Virus record (IMG/VR): IMGVR_UViG_3300025339_000007
Span: 1 to 42,614 of that record
Length of the DNA: 42,614 bases
Source of the DNA: a virus
Lineage: Duplodnaviria; Caudoviricetes
Reading direction: 5' to 3' (one strand)
This document shows positions 31,530 through 40,893 of this stretch, in pieces. Numbering within the stretch: position 1 is the stretch's first letter; each line of letters opens with the position of its first letter. The notes under the pieces are model-generated. The model made no database searches, was not told where the DNA came from, and saw only the letters and a program-made list of their open reading frames with translations. The translations under genes and the position numbers were made by a program.

Positions 31530-31856
31530 TTAGCGGCTCCATGAGTTTCCGATAATGTAGAGAGGCTCCTCTTTATGCAGGAGCAGTTGACATACCCAAG
31601 TTCCTGCATTGAATTGGCCCAACAGATAAGGATAGAGAGGTTGCACAATCCCTGCGGCTTGTAATGCTTTTACCATTCCTTCGTTCTCGCTGTAGTCTTT
31701 TATGATCACTTGCCCAGGCTCTAGCCAAACTTCGGGATCATTGATGGTTGCTGTGGCGAATGGGCTTCCATTCTCGGTGAGTCGGATCGCGGTGCGTCCG
31801 TTCTCGTATTGGTCGAACACGACATCGCATTCGGCTCCAAGGAACTTTACTTTCAT
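31530..31856 (-). CDS. conserved phage protein (DUF4313-like)
   Basis: Y.NGRTAI.L...G.PFATAT.N...IIKDYSENEG...AL..AGIV. Confidence 0.7.
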   Translation of the reverse strand: MKVKFLGAECDVVFDQYENGRTAIRLTENGSPFATATINDPEVWLEPGQVIIKDYSENEGMVKALQAAGIVQPLYPYLLGQFNAGTWVCQLLLHKEEPLYIIGNSWSR

Positions 31857-31926
31857 TATTTTTTTGTGGGTTGCGAGGCCATTGCCTCTGGTTCAGCTAC
31901 GAGTCGTAGCAGAATGAAAAAGCTGG

Positions 31927-32508
31927 TCAAACTTTTTTTGAATAAATCTTGAAGCCCCTTCTAGCGGCCTCCGCAAGAAACTCTGCCTCGCTGTATTGAT
32001 CTATAGATACATACTTCCTCCGATTTGCCACTTGATCTCGTTGTGTAGCCCATCGGACATTGCTCGGCTCGTAATCTCCATTCACATCTATGCGGTCTAT
32101 GGAATGATTGGGGCTTGGCTTTGGGCCAACGTCTGCAAGGAAATTCAAGAATCCATTTTTTCCTTTCCATCGTTCGCAAACCTTGATGCTGCGATCAGCG
32201 TAGTCTTTCTTGCAAGGATGTTTTATATTTGGTGAGCAACGATTGAGCATCCCCCTCCAATGAATGTATTCTCTGCTCTTGCTCATGCCATGAGTTTTCC
32301 CAGAGCGGTTTTCTTTCCACAAGCAGTTGCAACTTTTTTGTCCACGCTTTAATGCGTATCCCATGATTTCTTTTTCTACTCCGCAATCACATCGGCATAG
32401 CCAGTAATATTTTCCTTTGTGATCTTTCCTGCCGCGCTTCAAAACAAGCAAGCGTCCAAATCTGTGTCCTTCAAGTGATTCTCTATCTCGGTGAATTGTG
32501 TCAGTCAT
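31927..32508 (-). CDS. free-standing HNH homing endonuclease
   Basis: G.RFGRL.V, W.CRCDCG, THGMS, W..M..RC, IKVCERW, SIDRIDVNGDYEPSNVRWAT. Confidence 0.88.
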   Translation of the reverse strand: MTDTIHRDRESLEGHRFGRLLVLKRGRKDHKGKYYWLCRCDCGVEKEIMGYALKRGQKSCNCLWKENRSGKTHGMSKSREYIHWRGMLNRCSPNIKHPCKKDYADRSIKVCERWKGKNGFLNFLADVGPKPSPNHSIDRIDVNGDYEPSNVRWATQRDQVANRRKYVSIDQYSEAEFLAEAARRGFKIYSKKV

Positions 32509-34189
32509 ATGAGGACTCTAGCGTATTTTGGCTAACAAAGCTATCCCAATCTTCTTCCATTTGCTGATTTGTTTCGCTAGTCCCTTGTATGCCGTAGTTC
32601 CTGACAAACACCTCCACAAGAAGAGCCAAGGCATCTGCTCTATCTGGACTGTTGCCGCTTGTTCTTGCCTTCATTTCTTTCTTACTCTCAACGCAAATCT
32701 TTTCCTTCTTCAGCGAGTATAGGCGAGTAGAAAGCTCTCGCGCCGTGTCCTCGTCTAGTCCACGAAGTTTGTTTCCAACAATCATTTGGCGCACATTGAA
32801 CCAAAGTTGAGTGACCCTGTTGTAATAAAGCTCTTTGCCTGTCTTCTCATCTTCTACGCTCACTTTGTCTTCGGTTGCGTATCCTCCAAAGGTCACGCGA
32901 TGGAATCCATTCTTCCAACGCTGGCTTATGATGTCCGCAAGTCCTGCTCCTCCTCCAGTAGAGTCAAGAGCAAAACATTCTGGCTCTATGCGCTTTTGAT
33001 TGAGTTTTTCAATCACCCTATCCGCAATCTGAAAGAATGCAGGATAATCCACCCTTTCTTCAATGATGATCTTGTGAGTCTCTGTAATCATTAGAACAGT
33101 ATCACCATCAACAGTCTTTCCAATCATGCCAAATCGCAGAACACAATCATCGCCATCTGTTGTGAATGCAGGGTCAAGAGCCGCTACTTGCATTAGCCCT
33201 CCACCCGCCCATATTGCCTTGTCTGATGCCTTTCCTTCTTGGATGGTAGCCGCATCAACAACTGTGTTTCTAACGCCGCTAGGAGGCCAGAACCCCCTCA
33301 CATAGCTCCACCATTGAAGAGAGTTCTCTCCATAGTTGGCTCGGCAAGCATCTATGTCATCTTGAGAGAATAACTTTGGAAAGATGATTTTACCGCGCTT
33401 GACATTCGGGGACTTTAGCCCATCAAAGTGAATACAAATACCAGTCTTAGTTTCCCATGATTCATAGTCTGCCGTGATGGTTGACCATCCTCCCTTTGGT
33501 TCACAGAACCTTCCATGTGCATCATATTGACTGCTGGCGTTTCCGATTGCCACAAAGCGATAGAAATCTGCACCAATAGAAAGATTGAATCTTGCATCGA
33601 AAACAGCAGGGGGACTCTGCGGGGCTTCGTCAACGCAGATAATAGTCCGTGATGGGTGGAAGCCCTGCAGTTTACCAACCGCTTGTTCTACAGCCCCGCT
33701 ATCAACTGCTAGACCGATAATTGAATGTCGGTCATCCCCTTTCTGAAATTGAATCTTGGTTTGAGAATCAACTATGTTCAACCCAAACAAAGGATGGACT
33801 GGGCGCATGAAGTTCATCACTTCACTCCACACGCGACCCCTCAAGCTGGGAACTGTCGTTGATGTGAGCGCAACACGGGTTGCCATAGGGCAAGCCAAAT
33901 ACTCAATCGTGGAGATTAACGAGAATGTGAATGTCTTACCAGCGGCTCCGCACCCAGTCGTCCCGATCTCTTTATAGTTTGTCCAAGCCCAGAGACAAAG
34001 CTCTGACCAGTCATTCCATCCATCCATGACCCAAGGCCATAGCATATGGATAACGTGCTTGATATGCTGACCCCGACTCAAGCCGCTGAAGCGACTTGGA
34101 TCGGGATCTTTCACCATCAGCAACTCAACCTCTAGTTGGGTAGCTTTAGGGAAAGCCGATAAATCTAAACCATAGGTTTGTAATTTCAT
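32501..34189 (-). CDS. terL: terminase large subunit
   Basis: Walker A GCGAAGKT, Walker B ICVDEA, IGNA, nuclease ALDPAF..GDD and SPDRADAL. Confidence 0.9.
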   Translation of the reverse strand: MKLQTYGLDLSAFPKATQLEVELLMVKDPDPSRFSGLSRGQHIKHVIHMLWPWVMDGWNDWSELCLWAWTNYKEIGTTGCGAAGKTFTFSLISTIEYLACPMATRVALTSTTVPSLRGRVWSEVMNFMRPVHPLFGLNIVDSQTKIQFQKGDDRHSIIGLAVDSGAVEQAVGKLQGFHPSRTIICVDEAPQSPPAVFDARFNLSIGADFYRFVAIGNASSQYDAHGRFCEPKGGWSTITADYESWETKTGICIHFDGLKSPNVKRGKIIFPKLFSQDDIDACRANYGENSLQWWSYVRGFWPPSGVRNTVVDAATIQEGKASDKAIWAGGGLMQVAALDPAFTTDGDDCVLRFGMIGKTVDGDTVLMITETHKIIIEERVDYPAFFQIADRVIEKLNQKRIEPECFALDSTGGGAGLADIISQRWKNGFHRVTFGGYATEDKVSVEDEKTGKELYYNRVTQLWFNVRQMIVGNKLRGLDEDTARELSTRLYSLKKEKICVESKKEMKARTSGNSPDRADALALLVEVFVRNYGIQGTSETNQQMEEDWDSFVSQNTLESSYD

Positions 34190-34196
34190 TAAGGCT

Positions 34197-34222
34197 GGAG
34201 CCGCCCCTTGCGGGGCGACTCC
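34197..34222 (-). promoter_or_regulatory. GC-rich hairpin 7 nt upstream of terL
   Basis: GGAGTCGCCCC-GCAA-GGGGCGGCTCC with a GNRA loop and no U-tract. Confidence 0.6.
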
Positions 34223-34256
34223 GTAACAACATCTACATCATGGTAGATATGTGATC

Positions 34257-35456
34257 TTATCGGAAGTAGGATCGAATAGAATCCATTGCCCCCTTGGGCT
34301 TGCCAGTAGTCTCGTTGATGTCGCTAGTCCCGCGCCTTGGCGAGGGGCTTACCGCAGTATCTTGGGCAACGCGAGCCTTGTATTTAGCAAGTTCCGCTTT
34401 GAGCTTGGCATTCTCAGCAACCGCATCCTTGGCGATCACCGCAAGGAACGGAGTGACCATCATGTCGTTTTCGGAAGCAGTCCCCATGAGGATATTCTTT
34501 GCCGCCGCGATACGATCATCAACGAGCTTATTGTGATCATCGTCGTCTCCCTTACGGAAGAAATCAGACTTGCTGGCGAGATGAGAAGCAACTCGCTCAA
34601 AGTTCTTGTTGATCTTTTCCGTGGTGGCCTGACGAGTCTTCTCTTCTTCCTGAACAAGCGTGGAGGAAGTCTCGCGGTGATTCACCATAGCCGCCTCAAG
34701 CGCACCGCGCTTGCTGTCAGCATCATTGATGAGAGAAAGGAACTGGGCAGATGCCGCACCTCCTCCAAAGTTCTCGTCAATAAACTCAATCCGCTCCTTT
34801 CCTTTCAGCGAAAGAGCCTTTTCTGCAATAGCAGGGTCAGCGGCATACTCGTTTGCCCACTCGGTAGCCTTCTGAATAGCCGACTCGTAGGGAGCCTGGA
34901 ACTTCTCGCGGAACTTAGGGCTACGCTCAAAAGCGGTTCGCTCAAGCTCTGCCTCAAGCTCTTCTGCCCTCTTCTGGTATTCAGCCAACTTCTCATCGCG
35001 GGTCTTGATCTCAAGCTCTGCCGCCTCTGCCTTCTTGCGGAGTTCGGCAAGGTTATCTTCCTTGCTCTTCTTCTTGGGCTTTTCCTCAACTGGATCAGGG
35101 TCTTTGGATAGGTCAAGGTCGGAAAGATCAAGGCTGTCAGCAACAGGCTCCGTCTTTCCCTCCTCCTTGGGGGCTTCCTCAATCGGGCCAGTATTCTTCT
35201 TTTCTTCAATCGTCTTGAGGAAATCTTGCACAGACTTCTCTGGGACTACATCAATGCCAGCGGGGGTTGGAGCAACCTCCTTTGTGCCGATGTCGGGAAT
35301 CTCAGCAAGATTCTTGTAATCTACCTTTGGCAGATTCGGCTTATTCTTTAGTTGACGCTGAAGCTGTGAAAGATCACTGGGACGCTCCATAGGGGCGGCT
35401 GGGATCGGTTCAGCGGGGATGGTTGCTACTGGTGTGGTGGGTGTGGGGTTGTCCAT
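34257..35456 (-). CDS. capsid scaffolding protein
   Basis: 399-aa charged coiled-coil with Pro-rich N-terminus, downstream of portal; capsid-like codon bias. Confidence 0.65.
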   Translation of the reverse strand: MDNPTPTTPVATIPAEPIPAAPMERPSDLSQLQRQLKNKPNLPKVDYKNLAEIPDIGTKEVAPTPAGIDVVPEKSVQDFLKTIEEKKNTGPIEEAPKEEGKTEPVADSLDLSDLDLSKDPDPVEEKPKKKSKEDNLAELRKKAEAAELEIKTRDEKLAEYQKRAEELEAELERTAFERSPKFREKFQAPYESAIQKATEWANEYAADPAIAEKALSLKGKERIEFIDENFGGGAASAQFLSLINDADSKRGALEAAMVNHRETSSTLVQEEEKTRQATTEKINKNFERVASHLASKSDFFRKGDDDDHNKLVDDRIAAAKNILMGTASENDMMVTPFLAVIAKDAVAENAKLKAELAKYKARVAQDTAVSPSPRRGTSDINETTGKPKGAMDSIRSYFR

Positions 35457-35459
35457 ATG

Positions 35460-35738
35460 TTAAAATTCGCTGGTGTAACTAGGTTCAATGTTGACTTGCT
35501 CCTCTGGCACTTCAGCCAGGATGAAGAGATCGCTGATCGCAGATGCCCTTCCAGAATCATAGCCAAACAAAACGTGCGCGTTGTTTGCTTGCTGGATAAG
35601 GCCAGCACCATTACCTAGAGTCTTTGCCATGCTCAAGCCGTCAACGACGGACAGAGCGTGTTTCATTACAGGGTTATCAAGGAGCTTCTTTAGCTCAATA
35701 GCTAGATCCACATTGGATCTCCAATCAGTTAGTGTCAT
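35460..35738 (-). CDS. hypothetical head-module protein
   Basis: 92 aa between the portal region and the scaffold. Confidence 0.6.
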   Translation of the reverse strand: MTLTDWRSNVDLAIELKKLLDNPVMKHALSVVDGLSMAKTLGNGAGLIQQANNAHVLFGYDSGRASAISDLFILAEVPEEQVNIEPSYTSEF

Positions 35739-35739
35739 A

Positions 35740-37020
35740 TTAGTCTAGTAGGTCTTTCATTTTAGGGAGCTTATCATCGGTGAAGATGATGTTATTCTCC
35801 TCTGCGTTTTCAATCTCTTTTAATGCCGCTGGGAGAGCGTCAGTATTGACTTTAGTATCAAACCCCTTCACTCCCTCAGCGTGTTTCTCGCAATTCTTTA
35901 TGGCTTCTTCCATCGTATCGCCAATGCCAATGCAATCTCCCACCTCGCACATCCTGACTCCAAGAGTGGGAATGATGTAGGTAGTGTCTTCGACGCGGCA
36001 AGCATTGCGCCACTTGATCCACCTTTCCACCTCTGGATCTACTGACACGGGAAGGGATCGCTCCTCTGCAAAGGAGGATTTAATCACGGCAAGCGCACCA
36101 TACTTGGCTCGCCACACAGGGTCAACAAGCTCGCCATTGGCTCCAGCTTCCACAATCTCTCCCACATTATCCACCATCTCCCAGACAAGGGCAGACGGCG
36201 GCGCGGGGCAACGAGTAGTAAGATCAATCAGGTAAGGCGTTCCCTCGTCCGTGACCCTAATCTCTGTGCTAAACCATTGCCTATACTTGGCTTCCTCCAT
36301 AAAGGGGGCCAGCTTCTCATTCACCACCCTCACAGGCTCGGAAAGATCAGCGTAGTTCCTCACGCATCCCACATATCCGCAGTCCTTCACTTCCACGCCA
36401 GTCAAGCAAGTGGAGGGATATTTCCCATCAATGCAATAGCCGTCATATCCTGCCTCCACCACGCTATCCACCTTATGCTCAATAATGAACGGGAAAATGT
36501 TGCAAAGGCCACCTAGAGCATCCCAAAGCTCATTAACGCGAGGCTCTGCCAGCTTCCATGTGGGAGCATAGAAAGTTTCAGCCAATCCTCGAAAGCCACT
36601 TATTTTGACATACACATCATCGTTATTCTCAAGGTATTCACGGAGGGCTGGCATTCCAGTAACGAGAGCGCACTTACCTACAGGCAGACCAAGCTCCCTC
36701 ATGGTTTCCTTTGCCCTCCACCTCTGCACTTCCAGCTTCTCTCCAAGCCCAGCCGCCCATACGGGAATGCCAAGGGATCGGATATGCTCTGCCAGATACA
36801 TGAATCCCACATCGGGAATCACAACAAAGTCCACATCTAGGTTTTCCTCCCAGCTATTGACTCGCTCCACTCCCTTGAGTCCCTCGCCAATAAAAGCAGG
36901 GCCAGGGATCGGGAATGACTTCTCATTGAAAGGCACAAAATACCTCACCTCATGCTCTTCAGCCAATCGCTCTGCGAATGCCGTGAAAAGCCCGTGATCT
37001 ATCACGAGACACCTTGACAT
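35740..37020 (-). CDS. PurD-like ATP-grasp ligase
   Basis: LE..R..AK..M..LGLP, VYVKIS..RG..ETF, FIIEHKV...E.G.DG, STEIRV..G.PYLIDLTTR. Confidence 0.8.
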   Translation of the reverse strand: MSRCLVIDHGLFTAFAERLAEEHEVRYFVPFNEKSFPIPGPAFIGEGLKGVERVNSWEENLDVDFVVIPDVGFMYLAEHIRSLGIPVWAAGLGEKLEVQRWRAKETMRELGLPVGKCALVTGMPALREYLENNDDVYVKISGFRGLAETFYAPTWKLAEPRVNELWDALGGLCNIFPFIIEHKVDSVVEAGYDGYCIDGKYPSTCLTGVEVKDCGYVGCVRNYADLSEPVRVVNEKLAPFMEEAKYRQWFSTEIRVTDEGTPYLIDLTTRCPAPPSALVWEMVDNVGEIVEAGANGELVDPVWRAKYGALAVIKSSFAEERSLPVSVDPEVERWIKWRNACRVEDTTYIIPTLGVRMCEVGDCIGIGDTMEEAIKNCEKHAEGVKGFDTKVNTDALPAALKEIENAEENNIIFTDDKLPKMKDLLD

Positions 37021-37032
37021 TACAATCCCCTC

Positions 37033-37248
37033 CTACTCATTATTAATTTCCTGTTCTTGAATGTCCCTTAAATCGTGAATCATATTCTTCATCTGCAAAG
37101 CTCGCTCGGAATCCTTGCCAAAGAAGTTGCGGTTATAAAGATAATACCTTTCGTAGATGAATGAGATGATCTGCTCGCGCATCTCTTCTCTGCCTTGCGT
37201 ATATTGGTTATGAAAGTCCATATCCCATGCGCTTGAGTTCCCGGTCAA
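37033..37248 (-). CDS. hypothetical protein
   Basis: Packed ORF; YTQGREEMREQI; start uncertain. Confidence 0.55.
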   Translation of the reverse strand: MTGNSSAWDMDFHNQYTQGREEMREQIISFIYERYYLYNRNFFGKDSERALQMKNMIHDLRDIQEQEINNE

Positions 37249-37438
37249 TATACCAACGAGCTTTAAGCAAGTCAGTCGTTTCCTCGTCAGGGTTCTTATG
37301 CCCTGCGCGTGTGATATACTTCACCGCATTTCCGCGATTGAAGTTCATGTGTTCGGTTATGGTAATCACCTCAATCGGATATACCGATTTGTAGTGACTC
37401 GGATTAACAGGGTCATTACTCCCGCTTTCGGTTTTCAT
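37208..37438 (-). CDS. DUF3310 (T7 gp1.7-like) protein
   Basis: DPVNPSHY...IEVI.I...MNF..GNAVKY..RAG.K...DL.KA.WY. Confidence 0.88.
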   Translation of the reverse strand: MKTESGSNDPVNPSHYKSVYPIEVITITEHMNFNRGNAVKYITRAGHKNPDEETTDLLKARWYIDRELKRMGYGLS

Positions 37439-37454
37439 TTTAGTTGGTGGTTGG

Positions 37455-38012
37455 TTACTGGGGGATTATGCCCCTTCTGTTAAGCTCGTCAAGCAATTCT
37501 TTTGTGGAAAAGTTTTCAATTGATTTGTATTTCCTGCGATTCTTCATTTGCTCTGATCTAGATGCCCAACGAACATTCCCAGGCTCATAATTCCCATTAT
37601 TGTCAATTCTATCCAATGAATGCTGTGGAGATGGTTTTTCCCCAACGCATTGTAAAAACTTTTGAAATCCTTCTCTTCCTTTCCATTCATCTGCAACTTT
37701 AATGCCGCGATCAAAATAATCCGCATGACAATGTGCAGTTGGAGTACAGCGATATTTCATTCCCTGCCAAGCGTTGAACTCTGGAGTTCCAGTAAGCCCG
37801 TGATTTTTTGAGCGAGAATTATATCTGCATCCACAGCTTTTTGATTTTCGGGCGATTAAACAATCAGATGTGGTTAGATGATCTTTACCACAATCACATT
37901 TGCACTTGTAAACAATTCTGCTGTTTTTCCTTTCATTTGTTGACTCAATAACAACGAGTCTTCCATACCTATTGCCAACAATATTTTTGGCATTGGGATG
38001 AATTGAAATCAT
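37455..38012 (-). CDS. free-standing HNH homing endonuclease (paralogue of 31927..32508)
   Basis: G.RYGRLVV, CKCDCG, KSCGC, HGL, W.GMK.RC, SLDRIDNNGNYEPGNVRWAS. Confidence 0.88.
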   Translation of the reverse strand: MISIHPNAKNIVGNRYGRLVVIESTNERKNSRIVYKCKCDCGKDHLTTSDCLIARKSKSCGCRYNSRSKNHGLTGTPEFNAWQGMKYRCTPTAHCHADYFDRGIKVADEWKGREGFQKFLQCVGEKPSPQHSLDRIDNNGNYEPGNVRWASRSEQMKNRRKYKSIENFSTKELLDELNRRGIIPQ

Positions 38013-40234
38013 GGAGCTATAGAACTATATTTGGATGCAACTTTTACCTTATCGATCATCAGACGCTGTGCCGTCTTGCGATCTTGGAGCATCATCTGAT
38101 GTTGAGCCTTGGCCTGTTTGATCTGAGCGTCATTCTGGAATTTAGCCCTATCCAGCATGATCTTGTTCTGAGCAACTGCCATCTTGGGATCTTGCGCTCC
38201 CTGCTGTCCCTGCTGGGCCATCTCCTGCTCGTTGATCTGCTCTGCCAGATTGTTCAACTGGTCAGCAATCTTCATCAACTCGCTAGTCTGCTCATTGAGA
38301 TTCTCAAACTGCTCCTTGCGGGTCGGGTCTTCCTCCAGATACTTGAGGTGGGTGAGGATATGCGGGATGGCGGCTTGCATGGTAACTGCCGCCTTTCTAG
38401 GATCTTCTTTCTGACCCTGCACAGCCTCCACAATGCTTCCTGCATACTGGAGGTGGACAGTGAGATGCACATAATGGTTCTGATCGGGATCAATGAGAAC
38501 CTGACCACCAACGGCAAACGCATTGTTCTCAAGGGAGGCGATTGAAAGATCACTACCCTCTGGCTTGGTTTCTTCGGGGATACCAAAGGTTTCAACGCCA
38601 GTCTGACCAGCAATAGCGGCGATATTCGCATTGATAACCCGCTTGCGGTTGCTCTCTGGAAGCTGTGGCAGATATTGGCCAATAAGCTCCATCGCTTGCA
38701 TACGGGCGGCAGAGCTTCCCTGTCCAATGCTACGAGTGGCCTTCACGGAATCAATGTCCAGAAGCGCGGCGGCTGGAACACCCCTACGGATACAAGCATC
38801 TTGGAATGCAAGAGCCTCAGCACCCCCATGATCCTCTTCAACAATGTTGGGATTAGAGGCGCGGCGATAAACTTCACGATAATGAGTGTCGAGGGCTTGG
38901 AGGTAGATTTCAGCGCGGGTGTTGGTGAGACGGCTTTTCTCGCCGATTTCCGCTTCCACTTCCTTGTTGCTCTTCTTGCGGCCACCAGCAACCGATGGCA
39001 TAAAGCTACCAATATCATCGCTTTCTTGGCCTTGGAACATCTGTGCAACTTGCATTGCTCCAGCGAGCTTGGAGGTAGTTCCGACCTGCACAAAGTTCAT
39101 TCCGGGAGGAAGAATGCGATAAGGCCCAATCTGAACGGTCTTGAGAGACTCGGCATCCTTAGCAGACTGAGGCTGGATCATTACCGCACTATCCACAATT
39201 ACGCCTTCAAGTAGCGCATTGTTAATCCGATCCATTGCTTGAGCATACTTATAAACCTTCTGCCCAAGCCCTCTCACGCCATGATAGTATCCATTACCAA
39301 CCCCATTCAGAAAGATGGTAAATGCATTAGAAAAGCTCTTATAGCAAGACTCACGTGCGCAAAGGAACTCAGTAGAGTTTAGTCGGTCAAAAACATAATG
39401 AGAAATGCGACCATCGTATTCCTTCACATAAAGGTGGGCTACCTTGATAATCTTGCTCTTGGCATACGAGTAATAGAGAGCGTTGTTCTTAAACTCCTTC
39501 TGATACCACTCCCACGGGCGGCGTTGATCCTGCTCGTCAATACGAGCTTGCATGATCGCTTCCTTGCATTCCTCGACATCCCACCCTCCACGAGATGCAG
39601 CTTCCTCATTCTCAATGTATCGGTAGAGTTCCTCCGTATACATATCGTCCAGAACATAACAAAACTCCCAGTTCTGCCAATCAACTGTGGAGCCTTTGGG
39701 GACGATCAACTGCCAAGGTTCAACAGCCTTAGCCTTGAAATCCATAGCATCCCCCCAGAACATACAAGCCTGACCATGAATGACCAACTGCTTGTGGGCC
39801 ACCTGATGCTGGAGGATGAAGTTTGGGTTGGTCTTATCTAGGAGGCGATGGAACTCCTCTGTGATGATGCGGCTCCATTCCTCGCGTTTACCCATGTCCT
39901 TGCCATACTTGGTCTTAACCGTGGCATAGCTGCCAACAGAAGTAAGGATGTCAAAGTAGGGAATGACTGCCGCCTCAACCTTGGCTTCAGCGTGACCCCA
40001 GTTTACATTGATGCGATCTCCCTGTCCCATCTCCTTGAGTTGGGTATCGTTAAAGGGGGCATTCCCATCAATCTGACCTTGAATTTGAGCGCGACGATAA
40101 GATGCAATCTGATCATCATCAATCAGCGTAAACAGCATTGCACGGGCAGAACCCGCATCCTTAACCCTCGTTTTAGGAACTTCATTCTCATCGAGGTCTA
40201 GGAGGCCGTATGGCTGATTGGTATTATTTGTCAT
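38009..40234 (-). CDS. portal protein
   Basis: 741 aa; DGNAPF...NVNWG, NGYYHGVRGLG, Gln-rich C-terminal coiled-coil (barrel-like). Confidence 0.75.
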   Translation of the reverse strand: MTNNTNQPYGLLDLDENEVPKTRVKDAGSARAMLFTLIDDDQIASYRRAQIQGQIDGNAPFNDTQLKEMGQGDRINVNWGHAEAKVEAAVIPYFDILTSVGSYATVKTKYGKDMGKREEWSRIITEEFHRLLDKTNPNFILQHQVAHKQLVIHGQACMFWGDAMDFKAKAVEPWQLIVPKGSTVDWQNWEFCYVLDDMYTEELYRYIENEEAASRGGWDVEECKEAIMQARIDEQDQRRPWEWYQKEFKNNALYYSYAKSKIIKVAHLYVKEYDGRISHYVFDRLNSTEFLCARESCYKSFSNAFTIFLNGVGNGYYHGVRGLGQKVYKYAQAMDRINNALLEGVIVDSAVMIQPQSAKDAESLKTVQIGPYRILPPGMNFVQVGTTSKLAGAMQVAQMFQGQESDDIGSFMPSVAGGRKKSNKEVEAEIGEKSRLTNTRAEIYLQALDTHYREVYRRASNPNIVEEDHGGAEALAFQDACIRRGVPAAALLDIDSVKATRSIGQGSSAARMQAMELIGQYLPQLPESNRKRVINANIAAIAGQTGVETFGIPEETKPEGSDLSIASLENNAFAVGGQVLIDPDQNHYVHLTVHLQYAGSIVEAVQGQKEDPRKAAVTMQAAIPHILTHLKYLEEDPTRKEQFENLNEQTSELMKIADQLNNLAEQINEQEMAQQGQQGAQDPKMAVAQNKIMLDRAKFQNDAQIKQAKAQHQMMLQDRKTAQRLMIDKVKVASKYSSIAP

Positions 40235-40893
40235 AGATGCAGTTGAGAGGATGCTTCAGATAAGCTATCGGCTTTAAGCCAACACCAATCTGGACGCTTG
40301 TTAGTTGTCTCTTCTTTCTCGCCTTTTAGCAATATATTTTTCTTGACATGAACAATTGCGTCATTACGGCAACCGCATATTCCGCAATTCTGGAGTGCAT
40401 AATCTATGGATGTTTTCCTCTGGCCTTTCACTTTGCCAACCATATCTAATATCACCCTGGCTCCTCCACATCCCATACAGAAGTTGCTACGTTGGTTATA
40501 ATAACATCTGGAGCAAATCTTGGCCCTTTCTTCAGCCTCACTCTGATCTACAAATGGGTCTCCACCAGCGGCGGCTTCTGTGGCTAACGCCGATAGGCTA
40601 GTAATTCCCTTGAGGATATTGTCAAAGGATAGCAGAGATGCGTTGCCCTTATATTCCTTTCCATCAGAGTAATAGCACCACCCCTCTGGGAGTTGGCGGC
40701 AGAGTTGATCTACCACCAACTCTTTCCATTGGTCGGGGAGGGTAATGTTGTTATCGCGGTAGTGTTGCTCTACCTTATCGTAAAGCTCCTGTAGGGTGTG
40801 GATGTCGGCAATGCGATAGCCTGTCTCTGGGACTGTGAAACGATAATTGCCGGGTGGGACTTGATCTTCCCTAGATAACTTTAGGATACTCAT
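40231..40893 (-). CDS. Cys-rich putative Zn-binding protein
   Basis: A.ER..IC..C..N...CMGCGG...C.ICGC...K...P.WCW; directly upstream of portal. Confidence 0.7.
   Translation of the reverse strand: MSILKLSREDQVPPGNYRFTVPETGYRIADIHTLQELYDKVEQHYRDNNITLPDQWKELVVDQLCRQLPEGWCYYSDGKEYKGNASLLSFDNILKGITSLSALATEAAAGGDPFVDQSEAEERAKICSRCYYNQRSNFCMGCGGARVILDMVGKVKGQRKTSIDYALQNCGICGCRNDAIVHVKKNILLKGEKEETTNKRPDWCWLKADSLSEASSQLHL

Noticed and set aside
34251-35111. 286-aa antisense ORF over the scaffold gene
   Set aside because: Same in-register shadow effect
35740-37020. Annotation as bona fide purD or purZ
   Set aside because: PurD substrate motifs are missing and the sequence is ATP-grasp, not PurA/PurZ-like
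31927-38012. Group I introns around the HNH genes
   Set aside because: terL and portal appear intact and the HNH ORFs are directly coupled to their stops, leaving no room for intron cores
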